DNA of 64,000 bases from a virus. Positions within the stretch are counted from its first letter, which is position 1. Every line of letters starts with the position of its first letter. Of this stretch, positions 17,999-25,979 are shown piece after piece. Below the pieces are notes generated by a model. The model worked only from the letters and a program-made list of their open reading frames with translations. It was not told where the DNA came from and searched no databases. The position numbers and the translations under genes were made by a program. The stretch spans positions 36,507-100,506 of IMG/VR virus record IMGVR_UViG_3300046513_000134; one strand, 5' to 3'.

Positions 17999-18943
17999 TC
18001 AGTCCCCCTTGAACACCTTCAGACCCTTCAGCGCGGCTGGCACGCCGTCGTCGGTCTTGACGACCTCGGTGGTCACCCCGGTGGTCTTGGTGAAGTGATA
18101 GGCGACGTGGCGGTGCTCGAAGAAGAACGCGAAGGTCGGCTGCGACGGAACCTTGCTGACGTGCGGGAACAGATCCCGGACCTTCTCGGTGAAGCCGACC
18201 CAGTCGGTGACCACGTCCTTGATCCGCTCGACCGGTTTGAACTTCGGGTCCTTGGTGCCGTGGACAAACATCTTCATCTGCCCGACCTGCTTGCCGCTGA
18301 AGTTCGGCTGGAACTCGCCGGTCTTCTCGGCACAGCGATCCCGCCATTCGGCAATGGCCTTGTTGAGCGTGGTGGTGTTGTTCGCCCCCTTCTTAGGGTT
18401 GAGCTTGCCAGAGATGACGTCTTCGACCGAATGGAGGAACTTGGGCATGTGTTGGTCCTCTGAATTTTTTCCCTCTCCCGAAAGGACTTCGGGTGATGGG
18501 GGTAGGGGGTTCTGCGAACCCGTCTTCGGGTGAGCCTTATCTAGTGTTAATTCTAGTGTAGTCTCTAGTGTACTATAAGGATTGTCCCCCGAGGGCTGTA
18601 CTGGCGAGTGCTCCGAAGGGGTATCCGGGGTAGCCCCTAGACCGTCAATCTTGGCCTTGAATTCGGCCGTCAGCCGGGCGTAGGTGTGGCTGGCATTCTT
18701 GAATAAATGGCTCTCGGTGACCACGGCCCCGATCTTGCGCAGGTGGGCAATCGAGCGGTTGTATTGCTTGCGGGTGAGGCCCGTATCCTCCATCCAGTCG
18801 ATCGCCTGTTTGACGACCCAGACGTGGTCCCCGAATTTGATGCGCGCGTATTTCGACCAGTGCACGATCCGCAGAAGCAGGATGGCAGCCGTTGCGTCGC
18901 CGCCCGTCTCGGTGACGGCCAAGGAGAAGATATTGCTGGGCAT
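17999..18943 (-). CDS. replication initiator (N-terminal winged HTH)
   Basis: AAILLLRIVHW...W.EDTGLTRKQYNRSIAHL; disordered linker; upstream of loader and helicase. Confidence 0.7.
   Translation of the reverse strand: MPSNIFSLAVTETGGDATAAILLLRIVHWSKYARIKFGDHVWVVKQAIDWMEDTGLTRKQYNRSIAHLRKIGAVVTESHLFKNASHTYARLTAEFKAKIDGLGATPDTPSEHSPVQPSGDNPYSTLETTLELTLDKAHPKTGSQNPLPPSPEVLSGEGKNSEDQHMPKFLHSVEDVISGKLNPKKGANNTTTLNKAIAEWRDRCAEKTGEFQPNFSGKQVGQMKMFVHGTKDPKFKPVERIKDVVTDWVGFTEKVRDLFPHVSKVPSQPTFAFFFEHRHVAYHFTKTTGVTTEVVKTDDGVPAALKGLKVFKGD
18541..18571. repeat. 3x CTAGTGT at 12-bp period inside the initiator gene (possible origin element)
   Basis: Copies at 18541, 18553 and 18565 in an AT-richer patch. 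Confidence 0.45.
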
Positions 18944-19041
18944 GGAAGGAAAACCCTTGTGATTATGAGTGAGCCAATAAAAACCCTCTACCCCGGTTAA
19001 GAGGCAGAGGGGAAGGCCCTTACGGGGTAATCCACAGGTTA

Positions 19042-19809
19042 CTAGCCGGGGAATTTAGTAACGTTGGTATCATCGTCCTCGGCTGTGTCTTCTTCGCCAC
19101 TATCGGCGTCATCTTCGTCGTCTTCGAGATCATGGTCCGCGAACTCGTCTTCTGCGACGTCCTCGTCAGGGCTGTCGTCATCGTCTTCACCCGTGACGCC
19201 AATCTCGTCAGCCAGATCCCCGAGCGACGGTTCGTAACCAGCCGTGGCTGCTGCCACGCCCTGCCCTGCGGGGTTTCCACCTGACACCTTGCCACCGTCT
19301 TGGTATTTCTGCGCGCACAGCCCTGTCCAGACCGCCAAGGTGGCCGGGTAGAGCATCGCCGCGATGTGTTGCTTGAAGTCGTCCAGCGTCGTCAGCCCGA
19401 AGGCGTCGTCCGGCAGGGTGACATGGGCAAGGATGCCTTCGTCCCAGATCTTCTGGGCCAGCTCGATCGGGTCGAGCCCGACCAGTTCGCCATCGTCGTT
19501 GATCGACGGGTCGATGTGCAGTCCCAGATCCTTGTGGAAGCTGGACCGGGTGTCGTCGGTCTGCGCCCACGCGCCGGGGAACAGGTCACCCGGGTTGGTC
19601 GGCTTCTCCGTTACCTCGTTGCCGGTGACGCGCTTGATGAAGTCGTCGGAGACGTAGGCTGCCCGGACCCGCAGATTGGCGTGCAGGTTGTTTGAGGTGA
19701 ACCCTAGACCGGCGATTTTCAGCGACAGGACGGTATTGCCCTTGGCCGCGATGCCGATGTAGTCGAAATGCCCGCCTGTGCCTTTTACCATGAATGGAAG
19801 CTTTGACAT
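19042..19809 (-). CDS. hypothetical protein with very acidic C-terminal tail
   Basis: D/E-rich tail; N-terminus resembles the C-terminal domain of 51529..53214. Confidence 0.75.
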   Translation of the reverse strand: MSKLPFMVKGTGGHFDYIGIAAKGNTVLSLKIAGLGFTSNNLHANLRVRAAYVSDDFIKRVTGNEVTEKPTNPGDLFPGAWAQTDDTRSSFHKDLGLHIDPSINDDGELVGLDPIELAQKIWDEGILAHVTLPDDAFGLTTLDDFKQHIAAMLYPATLAVWTGLCAQKYQDGGKVSGGNPAGQGVAAATAGYEPSLGDLADEIGVTGEDDDDSPDEDVAEDEFADHDLEDDEDDADSGEEDTAEDDDTNVTKFPG

Positions 19810-19869
19810 GTGAAACTCCTTTTTCCTGTCAATTCCCAGTTATCAGTCTAGTGGTTTACCACCCCGTTT

Positions 19870-21099
19870 CTAGGGTTTTTTCTTGAAAACGAGCTTTGGT
19901 TTCGCTGCCCCAAGCTGCTTGACGGCCTTCTTCACCTCGGCCTCGATCACGGCCGGCGTGGTGTGGTTTCCGTGCTTCTCGGTGATCACCAGATCATAGA
20001 TCTTGGCGTACATCATCTCATTGTCGCCGTGGCCGTACTGGGCCAGCACCTGCTTCAGGAAGGTCGTTGCTTCCTTCGGCGGCAGCGCGTTGATCCGCAT
20101 CACCTCGTCCAGTCGGCCCGGCCGGTAGAACTCCTTGGGGATGGCGCTGATGTCGTTGGTGGTGCAAATCGTCAGCACCTTGGTCGTGTGGGTCTGCATC
20201 CACCACAGCAGCACCGAGATCAGTTCCTGCGAGTAGTTGGATGAACCGGTGTTGATCACCTTCTCGACCTCGTCAATCAGCACGACGCACGGTTCCTGCT
20301 GGTCGAGGGTGTCGAGGTTCTGCTGCAGGAACTTGGCCGAGTTGCCGACGTATTTGTCCTGTGTGGTGGCGAGGTCCAGTCGGTACAGCGGCACCTCGAA
20401 CTGGCGGGCAATGTATTTCGCCGCCTCTGACTTGCCGGTTCCCGGTTCCCCGTCCAGCATCAGGCCCCTCGGCACCAGCCGGGTGTCGGTCTCGGTCAGG
20501 AAGAACTTCTTCTCGCGATCGACCCAATCCTTGAGGGCAGGGGCGGGCGTGTAGAGCGGTTGGTCGGTCAGGACGGGGTACAGGCCCTTCTGGGGCTTGA
20601 ACAGCTCGTTGCGGCTCTGGGCGAGGCCGGCAGGGGTCAGCGAGCCGTAGACCGCCATCGAATAGCGGGCGATGTCGTTGGCCTCCTTCAAACTCAGACC
20701 GCCGAGGCAGTTGAGGGCGCTCTTCAGCAGCTCCGGGCTCTTGGCAATCGGCTTCAGCATGTTGGCCATCATTTCCTGCGGCACCGGGATCATTCCCGCC
20801 GACAGGGTCAGGTCGTCATTGTGCTGCGCGGGAGGATTGACGATCAGCAGCGAGCACGAGTTCTTCGGGTCGAGGAACTTGGTGCGAAGAAGGGCGGCAC
20901 CTTCCGGGTCGCTGAACCCGCCGCCGACGACGTAATACAGGGTATCCTTGGTGATCGGCGCGGCCGGGCCTGCCCACTTCTCGATCTTCTTGCCCGGGAA
21001 GAAATGGGCCAGCGTTTCGGGGAGGTTGGTGACGTCGCGGGTGGTGCAGGCAATGAGCGGGACGCGGCCCTTGACGGCATTCTGAAGTTTGTTCGCCAC
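19870..21099 (-). CDS. AAA+ ATPase (Ycf46/SpoVK-like)
   Basis: GEPGTGKS, VLIDEVEK, TTND, RPGRLDE. Confidence 0.9.
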   Translation of the reverse strand: MANKLQNAVKGRVPLIACTTRDVTNLPETLAHFFPGKKIEKWAGPAAPITKDTLYYVVGGGFSDPEGAALLRTKFLDPKNSCSLLIVNPPAQHNDDLTLSAGMIPVPQEMMANMLKPIAKSPELLKSALNCLGGLSLKEANDIARYSMAVYGSLTPAGLAQSRNELFKPQKGLYPVLTDQPLYTPAPALKDWVDREKKFFLTETDTRLVPRGLMLDGEPGTGKSEAAKYIARQFEVPLYRLDLATTQDKYVGNSAKFLQQNLDTLDQQEPCVVLIDEVEKVINTGSSNYSQELISVLLWWMQTHTTKVLTICTTNDISAIPKEFYRPGRLDEVMRINALPPKEATTFLKQVLAQYGHGDNEMMYAKIYDLVITEKHGNHTTPAVIEAEVKKAVKQLGAAKPKLVFKKKP

Positions 21100-21132
21100 G
21101 GATAACTCCTTTATCTCTAGTGGTATGATCCA

Positions 21133-21172
21133 TCTTAGAAAGGAAAGGCCCCGAGTACAAGGTCTCAGGGCC
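21133..21172 (-). promoter_or_regulatory. terminator with embedded promoter
   Basis: GGCCC...GGGCC-TTTCCTTT hairpin containing CTTGTA-N17-CTAAGA. Confidence 0.5.
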
Positions 21173-21200
21173 GCATCATTTGGGTTTGTGCCTGACGGGC

Positions 21201-21770
21201 TCAGCCCGCCTTGAGGAGACTTCGATCAGGGAGTTTGAAGGGGCCGATAGTTTGTCGGACGGGCCACAGCTTGTGCTTCGGCATGTGCGTAATCTCCACG
21301 AACCAAGACGAGAGAGGGGTCTCGCCAGCCCCTACGAGCAACCAGTTTCGCCAAACTTGGCAGCCTGTCGTTCGTCCAGACTTGATCGGTGTCAACATCT
21401 CCAGACGGGCTGGGTCCATCATGCCATCGGGAGTGCCGAAGGCCACCTTCATAGACTGGAAGTCGTAGTCATGCGCCTTGCACAGGGTCCCTGACAGCAG
21501 CAGCAGGTCTTTGCCGACCCACTGCTGGTCGAGGATCTGGAAGGCTGGATAGTTGGCCACGGTGGTCTTGCCGGTCGCGGGGTCGGTGATCTCGACCGCT
21601 CGCGCCTCCAATGTTGGCATGACCCATTCCTGCAGGGTTTCGCCGGCCGTGGTGAAAGCCGCCGATCCGAAGGTGTTGGAGAATGCCAACGCCACAGCAA
21701 TCAGGAGAACAAGTCCCGTGTACTCCACAAACCGCTGTGTCGCGTAGTTAAACGATGCCCTGATCGTCAT
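21201..21770 (-). CDS. single-TM protein with periplasmic domain
   Basis: N-terminal TM segment; two Cys in the soluble part. Confidence 0.65.
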   Translation of the reverse strand: MTIRASFNYATQRFVEYTGLVLLIAVALAFSNTFGSAAFTTAGETLQEWVMPTLEARAVEITDPATGKTTVANYPAFQILDQQWVGKDLLLLSGTLCKAHDYDFQSMKVAFGTPDGMMDPARLEMLTPIKSGRTTGCQVWRNWLLVGAGETPLSSWFVEITHMPKHKLWPVRQTIGPFKLPDRSLLKAG

Positions 21771-22077
21771 TGCTGGGTCCCTTCTTAATCCGGCTCTCAA
21801 TCAAATCGTAAAACCATCCTACGACAGCGACCCCACCTGCCCCCAACAGGAAACCGGAGAGTTCGAGCTTACCTTTCAAGGCCTCGGCATTGACGACATT
21901 TCCAATAACCCACCGTAGAAGTTCAGGGCCTTCCGGCCCCAAGTATCTGGCAACGAGCGCCCCGGAAACCACGTTAATGACGAACTCCTTCCAGTCGGCC
22001 CGGTAGTAGAGCGACCGTAGAAGTCCACCTGCGGCTCCTGCCAGCGTGAGCTGAAGCATTTCCATAAGGGTGACCAC
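21748..22077 (-). CDS. holin-like membrane protein
   Basis: Three hydrophobic Gly-rich segments and a basic C-terminus. Confidence 0.55.
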   Translation of the reverse strand: MVTLMEMLQLTLAGAAGGLLRSLYYRADWKEFVINVVSGALVARYLGPEGPELLRWVIGNVVNAEALKGKLELSGFLLGAGGVAVVGWFYDLIESRIKKGPSNDDQGIV

Positions 22078-22220
22078 GATTGTTATCCACTTGTTCTGGC
22101 CGAATAGATGCTGTCCACTCGACCGTTGTGATACGGCTTGAGATTATTGTCATTGACAAAATGCTGAGTGGATGAGGGGCTGGCCGGTAACGTGATCCGG
22201 GGCTTAGGAGCCAAGACGAG

Positions 22221-22244
22221 AAAAAGCCCCACATCCGTGAGGCT
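22221..22244 (-). terminator. rho-independent terminator
   Basis: AGCCTCAC-GGAT-GTGGGGCT-TTTT. Confidence 0.65.
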
Positions 22245-22280
22245 CCTCCCAGCTCGTTATAGGTCTAAACACTTTAAATA

Positions 22281-22664
22281 TCAAGACTTCTTCGTGTCTT
22301 GGTCCCATTGCCAACAGGCGACGATGCGGTTGTTGGCTTTTGTCAATGCACCGTCAAGTTTGGTGATGACGACGCCGTTCGGGTCTGTGGATTTCACGTC
22401 CGATTGCACCCGGTACTGGCACCAGTCTGGCTTGACCGGCTGCGCCTTGTAGAGATCGATCACCTGATCCATCTGCTTCAGGCTGTCCTCCCGGGCGCTG
22501 GCCTCGGCCGCAGCCTTCTTGTTGGCGAAATACTGGCTATCGGTTGTTGTGCAGCTTCCTAAAAATATCAGTATCGATAACATCAACAGGGCAGTCAGGA
22601 TGAGCCCGAGCAGCGGACTTGGCGCGCTCCTCAAGTTCTGCAATAAGTCGCGCAGTTTCTGCAT
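22281..22664 (-). CDS. o-spanin (Rz1-like lipoprotein)
   Basis: Lipobox LGSC; overlaps the i-spanin 3' end. Confidence 0.7.
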   Translation of the reverse strand: MQKLRDLLQNLRSAPSPLLGLILTALLMLSILIFLGSCTTTDSQYFANKKAAAEASAREDSLKQMDQVIDLYKAQPVKPDWCQYRVQSDVKSTDPNGVVITKLDGALTKANNRIVACWQWDQDTKKS

Positions 22665-22995
22665 CGTCTTGGTCCTCTTGGGCTCTGGCCTTCTCCAGCG
22701 TGGCGGTTGCCTGCTGGGCGCGGTCCATCTTGGCCTTGTAGTCGTCGCTGGCCGCCTTGAAGCGGGCCGCCTGCCTCTGGCTTTCGGCTAGCTGGGCCTG
22801 CAGTTTCTCCTTCTCAGCCCCAGTCACCATTTCGTGGACGCGGGCCTCGACGGCCTTCTTCACAGCCGACGTCGTATCCCACCAGCCGAGACCGTACCAC
22901 GCAGCTACGGCAGCCACGATCAGTCCCAGTGGCAGCGGGATCTGGATCTTGGCGATCGACCAGATGATCTTGAGCAGCGGCAGCAGGAAGGCCAT
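22537..22995 (-). CDS. i-spanin (Rz-like)
   Basis: N-terminal TM, coiled coil, C-terminal Cys. Confidence 0.75.
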   Translation of the reverse strand: MAFLLPLLKIIWSIAKIQIPLPLGLIVAAVAAWYGLGWWDTTSAVKKAVEARVHEMVTGAEKEKLQAQLAESQRQAARFKAASDDYKAKMDRAQQATATLEKARAQEDQDDAETARLIAELEERAKSAARAHPDCPVDVIDTDIFRKLHNNR

Positions 22996-23331
22996 TCATT
23001 CCTCCCATTCGGGCAGCGGCACGTCTTGGCCGGCCAGTGCATGAGTGCAGTCGGACAGGAACTTGATCCGACCCTCGGTGACGTAGGAGTGGCAGATATG
23101 CTTCTTGTCCTTGCTCTCGTCGTCAAACTCGCCCTCGACGTCGCTGGGTTCGTTCCATGTCACGAGGATAGACGGGAAGAAGGTCGGGCTAGCCGGCTGC
23201 TGATTATAGTCCCAGCGCGGGCCGGGGCCGGTGTCGATGTTGACTATGTGGCGTTCGTTGCATCCCGGGCACATGAAGGAAAGGCGGCCGGGGGTGAAGC
23301 AGCGGAGGACCTTGGAGAGAATGATGCTCAT
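22996..23331 (-). CDS. Cys/His metal-binding protein (DUF6527-like)
   Basis: CPGC..H, W, PTFFPSIL, CHSYVTEGRI.F..DCTH. Confidence 0.7.
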   Translation of the reverse strand: MSIILSKVLRCFTPGRLSFMCPGCNERHIVNIDTGPGPRWDYNQQPASPTFFPSILVTWNEPSDVEGEFDDESKDKKHICHSYVTEGRIKFLSDCTHALAGQDVPLPEWEE

Positions 23332-23333
23332 AG

Positions 23334-23948
23334 CTATAATCCTGAGACACAGAGTTCGGCTTCGCCCATGCGCTGGGCGTCACCCATCTCTCGGCGCACG
23401 ACCAGTCCACGAACGATCTTCTTGCCTGCCTTGTTGAAGGCAGTCTGGGCTTCGCATGCCTGCCGGTAGTTGTGGGTGACGATCCACCGGGCCGCCGTGG
23501 ATTTCTTCATGGCGAAGAGCCCGAAGTTGTAGGCCCCGGAGGTGGCGGCGGCTTGGACGCTGTCAGGGGCGAGCACGAAGTCAGCCACGCCATCGACCAG
23601 CGGCAGATAGTAGTCGTGGATCACCTCGTTGATCAGGCGGTCCTCACATTCCTTGTCGGTGGCGTAGTCGCCCATCTTGACGCCACTGGTCGCCCCGTAG
23701 CAGATCGTCGGAACCTTGACAATGTCGAGGTAGGCCTTGTTGGAGAAGCCCTCCCACGGTTTGATCAGCTTGTCCACAGCCAAGCGGACGGCCGGAGGGA
23801 TGTAGCCCTTGGCCACCAGTTCGTGCACCTTGGCGGGGGTTGGATGGTCGTGCATCAGCGTGGCCCAGCCGCTGGTGAGGGCAAACAGCGCGGCGGCCGC
23901 AACGGCAGCGATCCCGCGCTTGCTCGACGTGATCTTATTCACTGGCAT
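23334..23948 (-). CDS. endolysin, GH24 lysozyme with SAR-like N-terminus
   Basis: EG-x6-YLD-x5-TICYG, SGAYNFG, GLVVRREM; Ala-rich N-terminal hydrophobic segment. Confidence 0.9.
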   Translation of the reverse strand: MPVNKITSSKRGIAAVAAAALFALTSGWATLMHDHPTPAKVHELVAKGYIPPAVRLAVDKLIKPWEGFSNKAYLDIVKVPTICYGATSGVKMGDYATDKECEDRLINEVIHDYYLPLVDGVADFVLAPDSVQAAATSGAYNFGLFAMKKSTAARWIVTHNYRQACEAQTAFNKAGKKIVRGLVVRREMGDAQRMGEAELCVSGL

Positions 23949-24177
23949 CGTCGTCTCCGAATTTCTGTTGAATGAAGCGGCCGAGATAAGCCAAGCTGCC
24001 CGACAGGCTTGCGCCGAGGAGGAGCCAGCGTTGGTCGATCGGGATGTAGTCGCCCATGAACGGGAGCACGGCTTGAGCACCGTCGAGGATCGTGAAGACC
24101 ATGCTGAGTTCGATGAACCGGAGCGTTATCGACTTCTTCCAAGTCGTCTTGGCATTTTTGATGAGCTTCGGTGCCAT
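23935..24177 (-). CDS. holin
   Basis: KLIKNAK.TWKKS, 2 TM, RFIQQ; directly upstream of the endolysin. Confidence 0.7.
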   Translation of the reverse strand: MAPKLIKNAKTTWKKSITLRFIELSMVFTILDGAQAVLPFMGDYIPIDQRWLLLGASLSGSLAYLGRFIQQKFGDDDASE

Positions 24178-24189
24178 GGGCCGCCCCCG

Positions 24190-24203
24190 TGCAATATGTT
24201 GCA
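24190..24203. repeat. TGCAA-N4-TTGCA site
   Basis: TGCAATATGTTGCA, just upstream of the holin. Confidence 0.9.
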
Positions 24204-24260
24204 ATTGGTATCGGAGGAGGGCGGCCTGCTGTCAACTCGGGCGGTCTAGCGCTGGAGCCG

Positions 24261-24905
24261 CTACTCCTCCGGGATTATCTCCACGAGGGTGAGGGGCGGC
24301 CAGTGGCTGTCGTCTTGATAATCTTCTGGAATTGGGTCGGCGTCTTTCAAGGTCCGGGCTGCGAAGATGTGGGCTTTCTTCCATGCCAAGGCGGTCTTTC
24401 CAAACGCGAACATCATATGGGCGTCCATGGCCAGCTTGGAGTTGTCGGCAGCGATCCATTCAAAGTCTTCGTCAGGATCGGCCCAACGCAGGTTGCCCTC
24501 TTCCGCCCCAGCCATAATCGCGGCCAAGGCGAGTGTCGCGGCTCCGGCGATGTCCTCGCGGTTGGCAGGTGCTGACTGGAATATCTTGCCGCCGAAGACG
24601 ACGCCGATGCTGATCCGTTTGTCGCGCTCGACATCGACGTCAGAGGCGCTTGGGCCTAGTGGTTCAGGCTCTGGCTCCATACCCAAATCTTCAGGCTTAA
24701 TGTACCCCCAGCGCTGCAGGGCGAAGTCAAACACCCGCAGATTACCGGGGTACTCGTCGGGAGGCGCGATGAAGGTGGCGTTGCTCGGCAGGAGCCACAC
24801 ACCTTCGTCCAGTTCAGCGGGGTTCTCCAGAGGGTCAGGGTCTGCATAGCCGAAGCCGATGAAGAACTTGTAGGTAGGGTCCACGTTATAGACGAGCTTG
24901 CTCAT
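24261..24905 (-). CDS. tail fibre assembly chaperone + DUF4376-like domain
   Basis: ADPDPLE...WLLPSNATFIAPP; VDVERDKRI...WIAADNS...IPEDYQDDSHWP. Confidence 0.75.
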   Translation of the reverse strand: MSKLVYNVDPTYKFFIGFGYADPDPLENPAELDEGVWLLPSNATFIAPPDEYPGNLRVFDFALQRWGYIKPEDLGMEPEPEPLGPSASDVDVERDKRISIGVVFGGKIFQSAPANREDIAGAATLALAAIMAGAEEGNLRWADPDEDFEWIAADNSKLAMDAHMMFAFGKTALAWKKAHIFAARTLKDADPIPEDYQDDSHWPPLTLVEIIPEE

Positions 24906-24914
24906 GATGGCCTC

Positions 24915-25979
24915 TTAATAGCGAATGCAGGCGAGGAGGGCGACGTTACGCGGGCGGGTTTCCGCGCCACCGGCAGCGGCGATCGAGATGCCGGTTCCAG
25001 CCCCGTAGATGCCGATACCCGTACCCGCAGCGGCTGTACCTGCGGTAATGTCTTTACCGTAACCGGGGTTACCGTCGAGCGAACCGTTTCTGTTACCGTC
25101 AACCAAATAACGGGTATAGTTGTGGGCGTGACCGGGGTCATAGACCGAGTGGGCATGCGTCGGGTCTGAAACGCCGTGGTTGTGGCTGGCGAACAGATGG
25201 GCCTGCAGTGACCCGAAGACACGGGATGCATCCACGCCACGCGCGTCGTCCCAGCCGCGAATGAACTCGCCACGCAGATCAGGAACGTTGAAGGTCGTGC
25301 TACCGTCCCCGACGCCGTAGGTCGTTCCTACCTGTGTGTACAGGGCCGCGTAGGTGGTTCGGCTGATGGCTGCGCCGTTGCACTTCAGCCAGCCAGTCGG
25401 AGGCGTGCTACGGGCGAACCAAGCGACCTGTGACGGGTCGCCGGCCGATACCGGTGCCGCGAAGACGTAGGCGACGCCAGCATTATCCGTGACGACAATG
25501 ATCGTCTGCCCGGCAACAACCGCGAGGTTGGAGCCCGAGCCGGTGACGATGTTCGCACCATTGGTGATCGTCAGAGACCCGGAGAAGCGCACGTACTTGA
25601 CGGCGTTTGCCCGAGTGCCGAAGGACGAGATCGCGGTAGTCCCCGAAATTATCACATGCTCGGTAGTGGTCGCCATGATGTCGGTGGTCGTGGCCGAGGC
25701 GACCGTCGTCTCTGGCCGGTGGTTGGTCAGATCCGGTATCCACTTGTGCGTGGTCGGATCGACGGTGCCGAGCAGCAAGTCGGCTGCCCCGTCGTAGCTT
25801 TTCATCAACCACTGCGCCGCAGCCGTGTCCAGCCACGTCTGGCCGGTCTGGATGTAACTGGGTCGCGCGGTCCCCGAGTGCGTCGTAGCAAGCGCCGTCC
25901 TGAAGCTGCCAATGATAGCGGCCAGCGCGGTGCCGGTTGTCGTGGTGGGGTTGATAGTGCTGAAATCGTACTGGCTCAT
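24915..25979 (-). CDS. tail fibre with collar domain and HxH tip
   Basis: PTGWLKCNGAAISRTTY, GDGSTTFNVPDLRGEF, HNH/HAH/HAH, ETRPRNVAL. Confidence 0.85.
   Translation of the reverse strand: MSQYDFSTINPTTTTGTALAAIIGSFRTALATTHSGTARPSYIQTGQTWLDTAAAQWLMKSYDGAADLLLGTVDPTTHKWIPDLTNHRPETTVASATTTDIMATTTEHVIISGTTAISSFGTRANAVKYVRFSGSLTITNGANIVTGSGSNLAVVAGQTIIVVTDNAGVAYVFAAPVSAGDPSQVAWFARSTPPTGWLKCNGAAISRTTYAALYTQVGTTYGVGDGSTTFNVPDLRGEFIRGWDDARGVDASRVFGSLQAHLFASHNHGVSDPTHAHSVYDPGHAHNYTRYLVDGNRNGSLDGNPGYGKDITAGTAAAGTGIGIYGAGTGISIAAAGGAETRPRNVALLACIRY

Noticed and set aside
22639-22652. TGCAATAAGTCGCG (also 49461 TGCAACGACTTGAC) as extra palindrome sites
   Set aside because: Two mismatches each; could be chance, so not counted.
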